DNA of 64,000 bases from an uncultured Bdellovibrionales bacterium (GTDB lineage Bacteria > Patescibacteriota > Minisyncoccia > Moranbacterales > DUUL01). The translations under genes and the position numbers were made by a program. The stretch lies in contig CAYWJP010000001.1 in NCBI GenBank assembly GCA_964458715.1, positions 2,022-66,021 on the forward strand, written 5' to 3'. Below the pieces are notes generated by a model. The model saw nothing but the letters and a program-made list of their open reading frames with translations. It was not told the origin of the DNA and made no database searches. Position 1 is the first letter of the stretch. Each line of letters starts with the position of its first letter. Below are positions 47,854 through 58,685 of the stretch, piece by piece.

Positions 47854-49638
47854 TTATTTTTTTAATTCTTCTAATTCTTTAGAAATTTTCGAAAACTCTT
47901 CCATCAATAAATTCAAACTACTTTCGTCATCTTTTTCCTCTGCTGTTTTAATATCTTTAATGATATTAGCTAATTCCCCCTCTTTTCTAAATAGTTGAAG
48001 TTTTGCACAAACCTCCCGCCAATCAGAAATGGGTTCAATAATATTTTCCTCTAGACCTTCGGCGTTATAATCATAATTAACCTGAGCTTCAAAACGATTT
48101 AATTTATCAGAAATTTTTTTAGTTTCGCCTTTTAAAATTTTTCCCCAAACATCTCGATATTCCTGATCTAGCAAATTAGAATCGAAATTTTTAATTTGTT
48201 TTGCCAATTGCTTAGAATACAAAACAACCAACCCCAAGATTCTTTCTTGTAATTGGATTATTTTTGGCTTATCAGTTTTTATCATTTCATCAGTCGAAGC
48301 TGTTCGCTTTTTCTGATTCACTTTATCTTCCTTTATTTTAACCCCTTCTAGCACTTCAGTCAACGTATCCTCCTTAACATCAATTACATCTGCTAGTTTT
48401 CGAATCCAATAACTTTGCTCAATTAAATCAGAAATATCTTTAATAATATTTAATAATTTATGAGCAATGATTTTTTTGCCCTTAGGATTTTCTTTATCCT
48501 GTTTTTCAAGAATAGATGAGAAAAAATAATCCATCACTTGTTGAGAATTTTTAATGGCCTTTTTCCAAGCTGGAATATCTTCAATTACTAAATCATTTAC
48601 GTCTTTGAAGCCCTTGGGTAATAAGATGATTTCTGCGTCGATATTTTCTACCAAACAAAGCTGAACACTTTTTGTCGCCGCTTTTTGTCCCGCTTCATCC
48701 ATATCAAAACAAAGTTTAAAATTTCTCGTATATCTCTTCAAAATATTAATTTGATCGATAGTTAAAGCCGTCCCCGAAACTGCCACGGTATTTTTAACTC
48801 CCGCGCTGAAAGAAGCCACTACATCCAAATTTCCTTCTACTATTATTACGAAATCCTGTTTTTTTATTTCCATTTTGGCTTGGCTTAGGCCGTAAATCAC
48901 GCGACTTTTATCGTAAATAGGTGATTGGGAAGTATTAATATACTTAGCATTTTTTTCGTCTCCGCCCGGCATTACTCGAGCTGAATAACCTACCACTCTA
49001 TCAGCCACATCAATCACCGGAAACATAATCCGATTTCGAAACCGGTCATAATAATCGTCTTTGGATGCTCCTGAAGTTCCATCTTTTTGGACCATCAAAC
49101 CAGAATGAGCAATGTCAGCTAAATTATGCTTTCGACTTAAAAGAAAATTTAATAAATTGCTCCACCCGTCCGGAGCAAAACCAATTCTAAAATTTTTAAA
49201 TTGAGCAGTTTTAATTGCTCGGTCAGTCAAATATTTTCTAATTGATTTGGCCTTATTAGATTTATCAAATTGATATTGATAAAATTTACTAGATAATTCT
49301 AAAATCTCATAAATTTTTTGTTTCTGATTTTTTTCTTTAGGATCAATTTTTTGAAACTTTGGTAAATCAACACCAGTTCGTTCTGCCAATCTCTCCAGAG
49401 CTTCTCTAAATTCCAATCCCTCAATCTCCATTAAAAAAGAAAAGATGTCGCCACCCTTTTGACAACCAAAACAATACCAAAAATTTCTCTCAGCATTAAC
49501 CATAAAGGAAGGGGTTTTTTCATTATGGAATGGACACAAAGCCTTATAGTTTGTACCAGATTTTTCCAACTTTAAATATTCTCCAATTAACTCCGAGACA
49601 TTTAACCGCTCCTTGACTTGATCAACAGCGTCAGCCAT
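47854..49638 (-). CDS. dnaG: DNA primase
   Basis: CHC2 zinc finger ([17 protein letters not shown]) and TOPRIM (IIVEGNLDV). Directly upstream of rpoD. Confidence 0.9.
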   Translation of the reverse strand: MADAVDQVKERLNVSELIGEYLKLEKSGTNYKALCPFHNEKTPSFMVNAERNFWYCFGCQKGGDIFSFLMEIEGLEFREALERLAERTGVDLPKFQKIDPKEKNQKQKIYEILELSSKFYQYQFDKSNKAKSIRKYLTDRAIKTAQFKNFRIGFAPDGWSNLLNFLLSRKHNLADIAHSGLMVQKDGTSGASKDDYYDRFRNRIMFPVIDVADRVVGYSARVMPGGDEKNAKYINTSQSPIYDKSRVIYGLSQAKMEIKKQDFVIIVEGNLDVVASFSAGVKNTVAVSGTALTIDQINILKRYTRNFKLCFDMDEAGQKAATKSVQLCLVENIDAEIILLPKGFKDVNDLVIEDIPAWKKAIKNSQQVMDYFFSSILEKQDKENPKGKKIIAHKLLNIIKDISDLIEQSYWIRKLADVIDVKEDTLTEVLEGVKIKEDKVNQKKRTASTDEMIKTDKPKIIQLQERILGLVVLYSKQLAKQIKNFDSNLLDQEYRDVWGKILKGETKKISDKLNRFEAQVNYDYNAEGLEENIIEPISDWREVCAKLQLFRKEGELANIIKDIKTAEEKDDESSLNLLMEEFSKISKELEELKK

Positions 49639-49671
49639 ATATTTAGGGATTACTGTAAAACCCAGTATAAA

Positions 49672-50190
49672 CTATAATTTCTCTTTATCCAAGAGTTTTT
49701 TCTTTTTTTCTTTTCCTGGTCCAAATTCACCGATTCCTCCAGAACGTGGAATCACACGATGACACGGAACGACTAATGGAACAGGATTAGTCGTGCAAGC
49801 ACTAGCTACGGCTCGATAGGACCTAGACTTTCCAATTGCTTCAGCAATTTGACTATAGAACTGAACTTCTCCAGCAGGAATGCTCTGCATGTATCGCCAA
49901 ACTTTCATTTTAAAATCAGTACTTTCAACATCAAAAGGCAACTTTCCCCATTCAGTTTTTCCCTCTAGATAGCCTATTAATTTTTTGAAATATTTGTTTT
50001 GGTCTCTAGCGACCTTTTGAATATTTTCAGTAACAAATTCTTTTTTGAAATCTGCTAACAGCTTTTTCGAAGAATTGCCTATTTCCACCCAACAAAAACC
50101 TTTGGAAGTTGTTGCCATCAAAACATAGCCAATGAAAGATTTATGAACTAGATAGTCTATCTGCATATTAATCTTCTTTAGGTCGATCAA
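49672..50190 (-). CDS. ogt: Methylated-DNA--protein-cysteine methyltransferase family protein
   Basis: Active-site PCHRVI motif (VPLVVPCHRVIPRSGGIGEF) at the C-terminus. Confidence 0.65.
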   Translation of the reverse strand: MIDLKKINMQIDYLVHKSFIGYVLMATTSKGFCWVEIGNSSKKLLADFKKEFVTENIQKVARDQNKYFKKLIGYLEGKTEWGKLPFDVESTDFKMKVWRYMQSIPAGEVQFYSQIAEAIGKSRSYRAVASACTTNPVPLVVPCHRVIPRSGGIGEFGPGKEKKKKLLDKEKL

Positions 50191-51307
50191 TTATTGGTCG
50201 GTCCACCGCTTCGATGATTTTTTTATCAGCAATTCGCAAAACATCTTTATCTATTTTGGTCAATTCCTTGCTAGCGTGATTGTAGTGGTTGACAGTAGTC
50301 GACAAAGAATTGCCAACTTTCCCAAAAAATTCATCATAACTTTTCAAATGACGCCCCAATTTTTCCACATTTTTTTGAATATTTTTTGCTGATTCTTCAA
50401 TCTGAAGAGACCGAAGTCCCTGCAAAACCGTTTGAAGATAAGCCAAAAAAGAAGTCGGGGAAACAATTACTACGTGTTTTTCTTTGAAAGCGTATTCAAC
50501 TAAATCTCGATGAGCTGAACCTACTCTTTTGATTAACAAATCATAATAAATTGATTCAGAAGGGATAAACATAAAAGCAAAATCCATGGTCTTTTCTTTG
50601 GGTCGAATGTATTTGGAAGTTTCATCAATCCGATTTTTCAAATCTTGATTGAAATCTTTTATCAGACCTGGTCGATCTTCTTTTTTACATTTCAAAAGTT
50701 TTTCATATTTTTCCAAAGAAAATTTAGAGTCAACTGGGATTATCTTGTCTTTAACAAAAATGACCGCATCGACTGCCTCCCCATTTTTAAATCGATACTG
50801 CATTTGAAAATTATGGGGTGGCAAAACATTCTTCAAAGTTTCCTCCAAGAAATACTCGCCCAAAACTCCCCGTTGTTTTGGATTTTTCAAAATATCCTGA
50901 AGGTCTTTCAATTGAGAAGAAAAATTAACCACCTGTTTATTGGTCTCATCTAATTTGGTTAATCTTTCAGTTACTTCTCTGATGGATCGGTTGGAATGTT
51001 TACTCATCTCATTGAATTGAGAATTAATCTGTTCAAATAAACTTCGACTTTCCTTAGAAATTCCCTTGGACATCTCTTGCATCACCTGACTGCTGTCTTT
51101 TAATTGGTTTTTAGTAATTTTATTTATTTCCGATAATTTATGATCCATAATTTCCGACATTTGCCCCATTCTTTGTTGCATCATCATCATCGATTTATCT
51201 TCGTTCGGACTTTTTTTCAAATCCGTTAACTTTTGATTCAATACAAAAATTGCTCCAGCTGCAAGGATTATTAAAACTATTAAAAATACGATTATTAAAA
51301 TATCCAT
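50168..51307 (-). CDS. rmuC: DNA recombination protein RmuC
   Basis: N-terminal TM helix, long coiled coil and C-terminal RmuC nuclease-like domain. Start moved to the internal ATG at 51307 to avoid overlap with porB. Confidence 0.7.
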   Translation of the reverse strand: MDILIIVFLIVLIILAAGAIFVLNQKLTDLKKSPNEDKSMMMMQQRMGQMSEIMDHKLSEINKITKNQLKDSSQVMQEMSKGISKESRSLFEQINSQFNEMSKHSNRSIREVTERLTKLDETNKQVVNFSSQLKDLQDILKNPKQRGVLGEYFLEETLKNVLPPHNFQMQYRFKNGEAVDAVIFVKDKIIPVDSKFSLEKYEKLLKCKKEDRPGLIKDFNQDLKNRIDETSKYIRPKEKTMDFAFMFIPSESIYYDLLIKRVGSAHRDLVEYAFKEKHVVIVSPTSFLAYLQTVLQGLRSLQIEESAKNIQKNVEKLGRHLKSYDEFFGKVGNSLSTTVNHYNHASKELTKIDKDVLRIADKKIIEAVDRPIIDRPKED

Positions 51308-51333
51308 AAGATTAATTTCTAATTTATACTTCC

Positions 51334-52257
51334 TCAAACTCTCACTCTTGTCTCCTCTAAATCCCCCACCCTCTCCCATTGCTCATCAACTTTATTTTGG
51401 ATGTCCTTTATTAGAGCATTTTTATTCTTACTCTTGAAAATGTGCTTGAATCTCCCCTGAGTTTGAATAAATTCTTCAATTTTAATTCTCTTTTGAGGCT
51501 TATAATTGATCTTGTATTCTCCATCAATAATTTCGTAAAGTGGCCAAAAATTAGTTTCTGTTCCTAATTTGGCAATTTCGATAGTTTTATAAGGAGCATG
51601 CACCCACTGATTAGGGCAAGGTGAAAAAACTAAAATGAACGAAGGACCTTTGGTAGCAAAAGCTTTTTTAACTTTGGCCTGAAAATCATCAATAAACCCC
51701 ACATTGGCAGTCGCCGCGTATTTAATATGATGAGCGGCTACAATCGCCATTAAATCTTTTCGAGCTACTTCTTTTCCAAAAGATTCTTTGCCAGCTGGGG
51801 TGGTTTCGGTTGAAGCGCCAAAGGGCGTAGCTCCGCTTCTCTGATTTCCAGTGTTCATATAAGCTCCATTATCATAACAAACATAAAGAAAATCGTGTTG
51901 TCGTTCCAAGGCTCCCGACAAAGCTTGCAATCCAATATCATAAGTCCCGCCATCTCCACCAAAAGCCACAAATTTAACTGGTTTTTTTGTTTTGATTTTT
52001 TTGCGTTTAAGTAAAGCTCTGTAGGCCGTTTCCGCTCCCGAAACCGTCGCTCCAGCATTTCCAAAAACACTATGAATATAGGGAACTTTCCAAGAAGTAT
52101 TCGGATAAATTGTGGTAGTCACTTCCATGCAACCGGTAGCATTAGTCACGACGATTGGATTATCAGTTCCATTCAAAACTGTTCGAGCAATTATCCCGAT
52201 TGGACAACCAGCACAAGTTCCAGAAGTAGTAAATTTTTGTTCTTTTTCTTTAAGCAT
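51334..52257 (-). CDS. porB: Pyruvate/2-oxoacid:ferredoxin oxidoreductase beta subunit (TPP-binding)
   Basis: GCMEVTT ... GGDGGTYDIG TPP-binding motifs. Confidence 0.85.
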   Translation of the reverse strand: MLKEKEQKFTTSGTCAGCPIGIIARTVLNGTDNPIVVTNATGCMEVTTTIYPNTSWKVPYIHSVFGNAGATVSGAETAYRALLKRKKIKTKKPVKFVAFGGDGGTYDIGLQALSGALERQHDFLYVCYDNGAYMNTGNQRSGATPFGASTETTPAGKESFGKEVARKDLMAIVAAHHIKYAATANVGFIDDFQAKVKKAFATKGPSFILVFSPCPNQWVHAPYKTIEIAKLGTETNFWPLYEIIDGEYKINYKPQKRIKIEEFIQTQGRFKHIFKSKNKNALIKDIQNKVDEQWERVGDLEETRVRV

Positions 52258-52455
52258 ATATAAATTGTTATTTAAAAAATATCAATAAATTCTAAATCCA
52301 AAATTTCAAATTCCAAATAAATTACAATTTTCAAAATCTCGATGCTCAAAAACTAGCTTCGAGAATGTTTTGAATTTAAAATATTGTTATTTGGTGCTTA
52401 TTTGTTATTTGTAATTTTAAATTTGGTGCTTATTTTCAAATTATTTAATTCAAAA

Positions 52456-53586
52456 TCACATCATAAAATATATTTCCTTCCTTTTTTTATTGAATATACC
52501 TTCAATATCTTTTTCAAAAATATCCCTCCCTCCCAAACCGTAAACTACACTTTCAGGTTCTTTTCCGGTGGATTTTTGAACCTCACCTACCAAAACCTGC
52601 CCTGTTCCAAAAGCCATATTCCGATCCATCACAACTACCCGTTTAATTCCTTTCAAGGCTTTTTGAACTTCTTTGCGAGGGAAAGGTCGGAATAGTCTAA
52701 TCTTTAATAATCCCACTTTTTTTCCTTCTGCTCGCATTTTATCAACTACGCTAGAAATTGTTCCACAAGTTGATCCCATTGCTACCATAACTATATTAGC
52801 GTCTTTTATTTTATAAGTTTCAATTTGTTCATATTTTCGCCCAGATATTTTTCCAAAATCTTTGACGACTTCATTGAATTTTTTCCCTGCCTCTTCCATT
52901 GCATCGTAAATTTGCTTCCTAAATTCAAAATAACTATCAGGCAAAGCAATTGAACCAAAAGTTTTAGGCTTATCAAAATCCAAAAGACTTTTTTTAGGTT
53001 TATATTCTCCAATAAATTTATAAACTATACCATCGTTCAAAAGTTCTAAATTCTCTACGCTATGAGAAAGAATGAAACCATCCAAGTTGATTATGGCTGG
53101 CAATAAAACTTTTTCGGCTAATTTTAGAGCGATAAAAGTATTATCATAAGCCTCTTGAGCATTTTCCGAAAAAATTTGAATCCAACCAGTATCTCTCATT
53201 GCCATAGCATCCGAATGATCGCAGTGAATATTTAGAGGACCAGAAATGGCTCGATTAGCTACTGCCATTACAATTGGCAACCGCATCGCGGAAGCCACTG
53301 GTAAAACTTCCATCATATACATAATTCCCTGAGAAGCCGAAGCTGTCATTGTTCGCGCCCCTGAAGCCGAAGCTCCAATACAAGCACTCATAGCGCTATG
53401 CTCTGATTCAACCTGAATCATTTCGGTATCAGCTTTTCCATCGACTACTTTCTTGGAAAAATATTCCACTATCGGAGTTTGGGGAGTAATCGGATAAACC
53501 GCCATCACGTCTGGATTGATTTGATTAATCGCTTCTCCGACAGCAAATCCGCCAGTCAAAGCTACTTTTTTATTTTTGCTTATCAT
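52456..53586 (-). CDS. porA: Pyruvate:ferredoxin oxidoreductase alpha subunit
   Basis: Typical PorA N-terminus (ALTGGFAVGEAINQINPDVMAVYPITPQT) and length. Confidence 0.85.
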   Translation of the reverse strand: MISKNKKVALTGGFAVGEAINQINPDVMAVYPITPQTPIVEYFSKKVVDGKADTEMIQVESEHSAMSACIGASASGARTMTASASQGIMYMMEVLPVASAMRLPIVMAVANRAISGPLNIHCDHSDAMAMRDTGWIQIFSENAQEAYDNTFIALKLAEKVLLPAIINLDGFILSHSVENLELLNDGIVYKFIGEYKPKKSLLDFDKPKTFGSIALPDSYFEFRKQIYDAMEEAGKKFNEVVKDFGKISGRKYEQIETYKIKDANIVMVAMGSTCGTISSVVDKMRAEGKKVGLLKIRLFRPFPRKEVQKALKGIKRVVVMDRNMAFGTGQVLVGEVQKSTGKEPESVVYGLGGRDIFEKDIEGIFNKKRKEIYFMM

Positions 53587-54256
53587 CTGTATTTTCTATA
53601 AATTTAATTACCTCACCAAAATTTTCAACTTTTTTATCAGCTAAATCTATTACATTTTTTCGAGACACATTTTCGGTATAAGCTAAAAAATAATCGGCTT
53701 CTTCTTCTCTTTTGATCTCATAATCAGTCCAACCATCCCCAACTGCAAAAATCATTCCTTTAAGGTCCAAGGCTTCCATTTGCTTAACTTTTCCGTAAGC
53801 TTTAGTCATAAAACCGCCCTCGTTAATTCCAGAAACCATTCCCTGATTATCGAACACGAATTCATTGGCTAAAATATTTTCTCGAGGAATTTTGAAATAA
53901 TCCGAAACTAGAAAAATACATTGCTTGAAACCGCCTGATATTACAAAAATTTGCTTATTGTTTTTCTCTAAAAAATCTTTATTCTCCAAAAAAGAATCTG
54001 AAATATTTTCTCTCATTTTTTGAGCTACTTTCTCCACTTCTTCGCGACTAGCTGAAAAAAGTTTTAATCGACTTCTTAAAGATTCAGCAAAGGAAATCTC
54101 GCCTCTCATTCCTTTTTTAGTAATTTCTTCAATTTTTTCTTGAATTTCATTTTTATTGGGATTGTCTTTTAAAGCCTCTCGAGCTATCTCCTCTAAAGCT
54201 TCTAATTTTACAAAAGTACTATCAAAATCTATCACTAAAAAATTAGTTGAGTTCAT
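53570..54256 (-). CDS. HAD-superfamily phosphoserine phosphatase-like hydrolase
   Basis: SerB-type motif I LVIDFDSTFVKLEALEEIAREA and motif IV GDGWTD. Inserted between porD and porA. Confidence 0.6.
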   Translation of the reverse strand: MNSTNFLVIDFDSTFVKLEALEEIAREALKDNPNKNEIQEKIEEITKKGMRGEISFAESLRSRLKLFSASREEVEKVAQKMRENISDSFLENKDFLEKNNKQIFVISGGFKQCIFLVSDYFKIPRENILANEFVFDNQGMVSGINEGGFMTKAYGKVKQMEALDLKGMIFAVGDGWTDYEIKREEEADYFLAYTENVSRKNVIDLADKKVENFGEVIKFIENTDDKQK

Positions 54257-54273
54257 CTATAAATCTTTATGGG

Positions 54274-54582
54274 TTATTTCGTATCCTTATTTATCATTTT
54301 TATGGCTTTAATTGGACAGATTTCAGCGCACAAACCACAACCTTTGCAATATTTATAATCCACCACAGATTTATTTTTACCGTCCACTTTTTTTATTCTT
54401 ATTGCATCTTCTGGACAAAATTTTACACATAAACCACAAGCGATACATTTGTCACTAATTTCTGGCGCCACTTGAGACCACTCACCAGTAGGTGGATAAT
54501 TTTTTTCATCATTTTCAATTACTCCCCCTAATTCTTGTCCTTTTTTATCATTATTATTCTTCATAAGCTGCCCTGATAGCAT
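54274..54582 (-). CDS. porD: Pyruvate:ferredoxin oxidoreductase delta subunit (2x[4Fe-4S] ferredoxin)
   Basis: CIACGLCVKFCP and CKGCGLCAEICP cluster motifs. Confidence 0.8.
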   Translation of the reverse strand: MLSGQLMKNNNDKKGQELGGVIENDEKNYPPTGEWSQVAPEISDKCIACGLCVKFCPEDAIRIKKVDGKNKSVVDYKYCKGCGLCAEICPIKAIKMINKDTK

Positions 54583-55111
54583 TAATATTTTTATTAGTTT
54601 TTTCTAAACCAATCTTCTCTCCGTATTTACTACGAAAAACTTTAACTAAATTTTCCAATTTAACCGCCTTAGTAACTACTGAAAATTTTCCTAGGATAAC
54701 GGTGTTGGGCCTATTTTCTCCTACTATTTTAGTTGAAAGACCCGAAGCATCAACAATGACCAGATTACCCTTGAAGGGAATCAAAGCTGAAATTTCCTCC
54801 TTAGTTTTCCGAGTATTTATTATTAAAAACGAATCTTTACTTAAATTTTCAAAACCTTCAAAAACCTCCAACAGAGTTTCATCCAAAACCATGAAACAAG
54901 CTGGGTTGGTAATCGGCTCTCGAGTTTTTATGGGCTTATCAAAAATTCGAACAAAAGTTTGAACTGGAGCGCCACTTCTCTCTGGACCAAATTCCGGAAA
55001 AGCTTGAACGTATTTGTCTTCCAACAAAGCCCCTTGGGCAATTATCTCAGCGGTCGTTTTAGCTCCTTGCCCGCCTCGTCCATAAATTATAATTTCAAAT
55101 ATCTTTTTCAT
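54554..55111 (-). CDS. porG: Pyruvate:ferredoxin oxidoreductase gamma subunit
   Basis: IIYGRGGQGAKTTAEIIAQGA N-terminus typical of PorG. Confidence 0.8.
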   Translation of the reverse strand: MKKIFEIIIYGRGGQGAKTTAEIIAQGALLEDKYVQAFPEFGPERSGAPVQTFVRIFDKPIKTREPITNPACFMVLDETLLEVFEGFENLSKDSFLIINTRKTKEEISALIPFKGNLVIVDASGLSTKIVGENRPNTVILGKFSVVTKAVKLENLVKVFRSKYGEKIGLEKTNKNINAIRAAYEE

Positions 55112-55134
55112 TTTTATTTTATTTTACAAATTTT

Positions 55135-56352
55135 CTATTCTAAATGTACTTTAACTATTTCAATAATATCTTCTTTTTGAAAAATTCCGTTCAAAAAATC
55201 TTCTCCCACGAATGAAGCTGGTGTTCCGGCAATTCCAAATTGGTTTCCTTGTTCAATGGATTCTAAAATTAAATCTCGGCTAGTCTCAGCGCTACTACAT
55301 TCATCAAATTCTATTTTATTTAAGCCTATCTGCAAAGCGTATTGATCAAAAATTTTAAAATCTTTACTAATAATCCATTTTTCTTGATTAGCAAACAATA
55401 AATCAGCCATTTCTTCAAATCGTCCTTGCTTATAAGCACACTGTCCAGCCAAAGCCGCACTAATAGCTTGTCCCTGCAAATCTAGAGGAAAATTTTTGTA
55501 AACCAGCGCTAACTGATCTCCAGTAAATTCATTTCGAGCCTGTTTAGCTGCTTCATAAAAAATTTTAGAATAAGAACATTGAAAATCAAAAAAGGTTATA
55601 ATTTTTACTTGAGCGCTTTTATTTCCAATAATAATATCTCCATCTTTTTCGGTAGGAATTTCTAAATATTTCCCTACTGGAATTCCTAAGGCGGTAGCGT
55701 TCAAGACAAACTTGTTATCTTTTTGATTAAAAATTTCTTGAACCTGATCTTCCTGGAAAAAATTGGCTTCTTGAATCTTTTTGTCAAAAACAAAAGAAGG
55801 GATACTTTTTAATTCATAATTTTTAATTAATTTTTTTCCTTCTTCTGAAGATTCAGAAACTTTATTAATAGCCATAGTAGGAATAAATTTCTTCATCCAA
55901 ACTAAAATATCATCAGCGTTACAAGCTATACATTCTTCTTCGTTATCAGCAATCAAAATATCAACTTTAATAGCAGGTTCTTTATAGGCCACCCAAGTTT
56001 TATCGCCTAACTCAAACACATCAGCTGTTCGTAAAGATCTTTCAGAATAACCATTCTTGGTAACAATTTGCATTACATCCACGAATAAACTCCCCACAAA
56101 AAGTCCCAAGATAAGAACAATGGCAGAAATTAAATTCTGAATTTTGCTATTCTCCTTTTTTTTATTTTCAATATCTCGCAAAGTCATCCCTCTTCGAGAC
56201 TTCTTGACCGTTTTCTGGCTAGAAGTAATTTTAACTTTTCTAATTTGACTCTTTTTCTGAACTTTTGCTCTAATTTTCTTTTGACGAATCTTTTTGATCA
56301 TCTTTTCAACAAACTTTGTCTTTCCCTCCTTATTTTTATTTTTTTTAGCCAT
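55135..56352 (-). CDS. Membrane-anchored thioredoxin-fold (DsbA-like) protein with two candidate redox motifs
   Basis: K-rich N-terminus, one TM helix, CIAC (CxxC) in the first domain and a CSYS (CxxS) thioredoxin-like region in the C-terminal domain. Confidence 0.45.
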   Translation of the reverse strand: MAKKNKNKEGKTKFVEKMIKKIRQKKIRAKVQKKSQIRKVKITSSQKTVKKSRRGMTLRDIENKKKENSKIQNLISAIVLILGLFVGSLFVDVMQIVTKNGYSERSLRTADVFELGDKTWVAYKEPAIKVDILIADNEEECIACNADDILVWMKKFIPTMAINKVSESSEEGKKLIKNYELKSIPSFVFDKKIQEANFFQEDQVQEIFNQKDNKFVLNATALGIPVGKYLEIPTEKDGDIIIGNKSAQVKIITFFDFQCSYSKIFYEAAKQARNEFTGDQLALVYKNFPLDLQGQAISAALAGQCAYKQGRFEEMADLLFANQEKWIISKDFKIFDQYALQIGLNKIEFDECSSAETSRDLILESIEQGNQFGIAGTPASFVGEDFLNGIFQKEDIIEIVKVHLE

Positions 56353-56387
56353 TTCAATTTGGTTTAAAAATAAGGTTTTAATTAATA

Positions 56388-56618
56388 TTAATATTCATTT
56401 TCGTTATTTGATTTAAAAACCTCTTGTTTAATTTGGATTTCATCACTTTTCAAAATTTTCTGATCATCATATCCAGAAACAATTGTTCGTAAAGCTTGTG
56501 ATTTAAACATTACTCCAATTAAAAATCCTAGCACAAATAACGCTCCTAATCTCAACCTACCTATAAAAATTTCATCTTTAATTATTTTTTCCCAATTGAT
56601 TTTTTTCTTGATTTTCAT
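56388..56618 (-). CDS. Small membrane protein (76 aa), hypothetical
   Basis: Single TM helix. No motif. Confidence 0.25.
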   Translation of the reverse strand: MKIKKKINWEKIIKDEIFIGRLRLGALFVLGFLIGVMFKSQALRTIVSGYDDQKILKSDEIQIKQEVFKSNNENEY

Positions 56619-56843
56619 ATTGCGTTTATTAATATTCTCCTATTCAACACCAAGAAACTATTTAAAATTTCACCATAATTTATAAAATTTTACTTATTTA
56701 TTAAAAAGACAGTTACTAATAAAATATCACATTAAAAACAGTTTCACAACTGTATCCTCAAGGTTATTTTTTCTTACTATGTTGATAATCTTTTTTAATT
56801 TGATATACTAAATTATAGAAACAACAAATTAAAATAAAATACG

Positions 56844-57185
56844 ATGCGAAAATTTTTCTATATATTCCCAACTTTGTCTTTAGCCTTATCTATGGGAAAT
56901 TTAATCAACGGGCGAATTTTCGAGTCCTTACTTTGGCTTTTAACAACAGTGCTAATCGCTTTAATTTTTGTTCCTTTGGCTGTTAGGGCTAATGAAAAAG
57001 ATGTTCCCGTTTATCAGGTTTTTGCTCCAATTTTATTAATACCTCTGTTTTTTTCAATTTTTTCCATTATGGATTTCCGCCGAATTGAACTTTTAACTGG
57101 TCCTCAAGCAATTATTTATGGTATAGTAACAGGCATACTAGGGCTAATCACTTTAATGTTATTGATTGGTTCTAATAAATACTAG
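56844..57185 (+). CDS. Hypothetical membrane protein (113 aa, 3-4 TM)
   Basis: Hydrophobic profile only. Confidence 0.3.
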   Translation: MRKFFYIFPTLSLALSMGNLINGRIFESLLWLLTTVLIALIFVPLAVRANEKDVPVYQVFAPILLIPLFFSIFSIMDFRRIELLTGPQAIIYGIVTGILGLITLMLLIGSNKY

Positions 57186-57239
57186 ACTTCACTATTTTTT
57201 ACCACAAGAATCTTTCCCTTAAGGGAGAGATTTTTATTT

Positions 57240-58502
57240 TTAACAACAATATAATTTATCAGGAATTTTTCCGTCGCTCTTTCCGCCAAAAGGATTGCCC
57301 TTCTTTTCTATTTTTTTCAACATTTCTTTATTATTCGAACTTTGGATTCCATTTTTTTCTTGTTCGACTCTAATTTGCTTTACCATTCGAGCTAGTCCTA
57401 TTTTCATCGGACAATTTTCAGAACAAGAATAACAAATAATACAGTCATGACTACCACTTTTTTTAGCTTTTTTGAGACCTTTTTGCACCGCTTCAAAGAT
57501 AATTCCTTTAGATCCGATATAACCATCATTTCCGTAATGACTTCCTTTTTGGTTATAAACCGGACAAAAATTAATGCAAGCTCCACAATTAATACAATGT
57601 AAAATATCACCGAATCCTTTTTTAATCATTTCTCGTCTTCCATTATCAACTAAAATTACATGGACTTCGTGAGCACCTTGAGCTCCCAACACTAGTTGAT
57701 TTTCAATATCGGCTGTTTTGGAGGGTCCAGAAATAATTGAAATATATTGAGTAATATCTTGACCAGTTCCAAAAAGAGCGGCTGTTTGACAAAGCTTCAC
57801 AGCATCTTCAACTGATTCGGTAATTTTATCAATTCCGCAAAGAACAATGTGTTTTTTTGGTAAACGAGAAACCAAAGAAATGTTACCCTCATTCTCTAGT
57901 AAAACTACTTGACCTTCTTCTGTAAAAAAATTAGCCCCAGTTACTCCAATCTCGGCTTCCAAAATCTTCTCTCGAATTTTCTGGCATAAATAATGAGTTA
58001 ATTTTTCTGGATCAATTCTAATATCATCTTTGTATGTTTGCTTAATTTTTTTAGCAATCATTTTTGCTGTTATATGAATAGACGGCAAAACAAAATGCTC
58101 GTCTGTTTCTTTGAACATTTTCACAATAAAATCTCCTAGATCAGTCTCGCTCCAATCATGTTTTTCAAAAACTTTTTTAATCTCAATTTCCCTCCCAGTA
58201 TTAGTTTTAGAGGAAATTATCTTTTTATTTTCCCCAATTATTTTCTCTAAAATTTTTCGAGCATCCTTATCGTCTCTCACTTCATAAACTTGAAACCCTC
58301 TTTTTTCAAAATTCTGTTTAGCTAATCTTAGATTTTTCTCAAAATCCGCAAAAGGCTTCTGCCGAATTTCAGTCATTTTGTCTTTATACTGATTTTCATC
58401 AATATCTTTACTTGCAAAAAATTTCCGCCGATTTTCTGCACCAAAATTAACCGCTTTCTTTATAGCTTCTCGACTTTCTGATTTTAGATAATCTTGTTTC
58501 AT
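57240..58502 (-). CDS. LUD (DUF162) domain-containing iron-sulfur protein, LutB/YkgF-like, with the Fe-S clusters at the C-terminus
   Basis: LUD-domain block GANFFTEEGQVVLLENEGN, then CINCGACINFCPVY and CIICYSCSENCPMK ferredoxin motifs. Confidence 0.5.
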   Translation of the reverse strand: MKQDYLKSESREAIKKAVNFGAENRRKFFASKDIDENQYKDKMTEIRQKPFADFEKNLRLAKQNFEKRGFQVYEVRDDKDARKILEKIIGENKKIISSKTNTGREIEIKKVFEKHDWSETDLGDFIVKMFKETDEHFVLPSIHITAKMIAKKIKQTYKDDIRIDPEKLTHYLCQKIREKILEAEIGVTGANFFTEEGQVVLLENEGNISLVSRLPKKHIVLCGIDKITESVEDAVKLCQTAALFGTGQDITQYISIISGPSKTADIENQLVLGAQGAHEVHVILVDNGRREMIKKGFGDILHCINCGACINFCPVYNQKGSHYGNDGYIGSKGIIFEAVQKGLKKAKKSGSHDCIICYSCSENCPMKIGLARMVKQIRVEQEKNGIQSSNNKEMLKKIEKKGNPFGGKSDGKIPDKLYCC

Positions 58503-58685
58503 AATTTTTCATAAATAAATCAACTCCATTTAATAAATATACCATGAATGTTAATCTCTTAATAATTTATAATATCATTTTCTAAAATAATCTGCAAAAA
58601 TTTATTTAATATTCTTTTAATGTTATAATTATGGAAAGTATTTTTACTCTTAATTCTAATAACAAAAAATAAAACTGGAAATATT

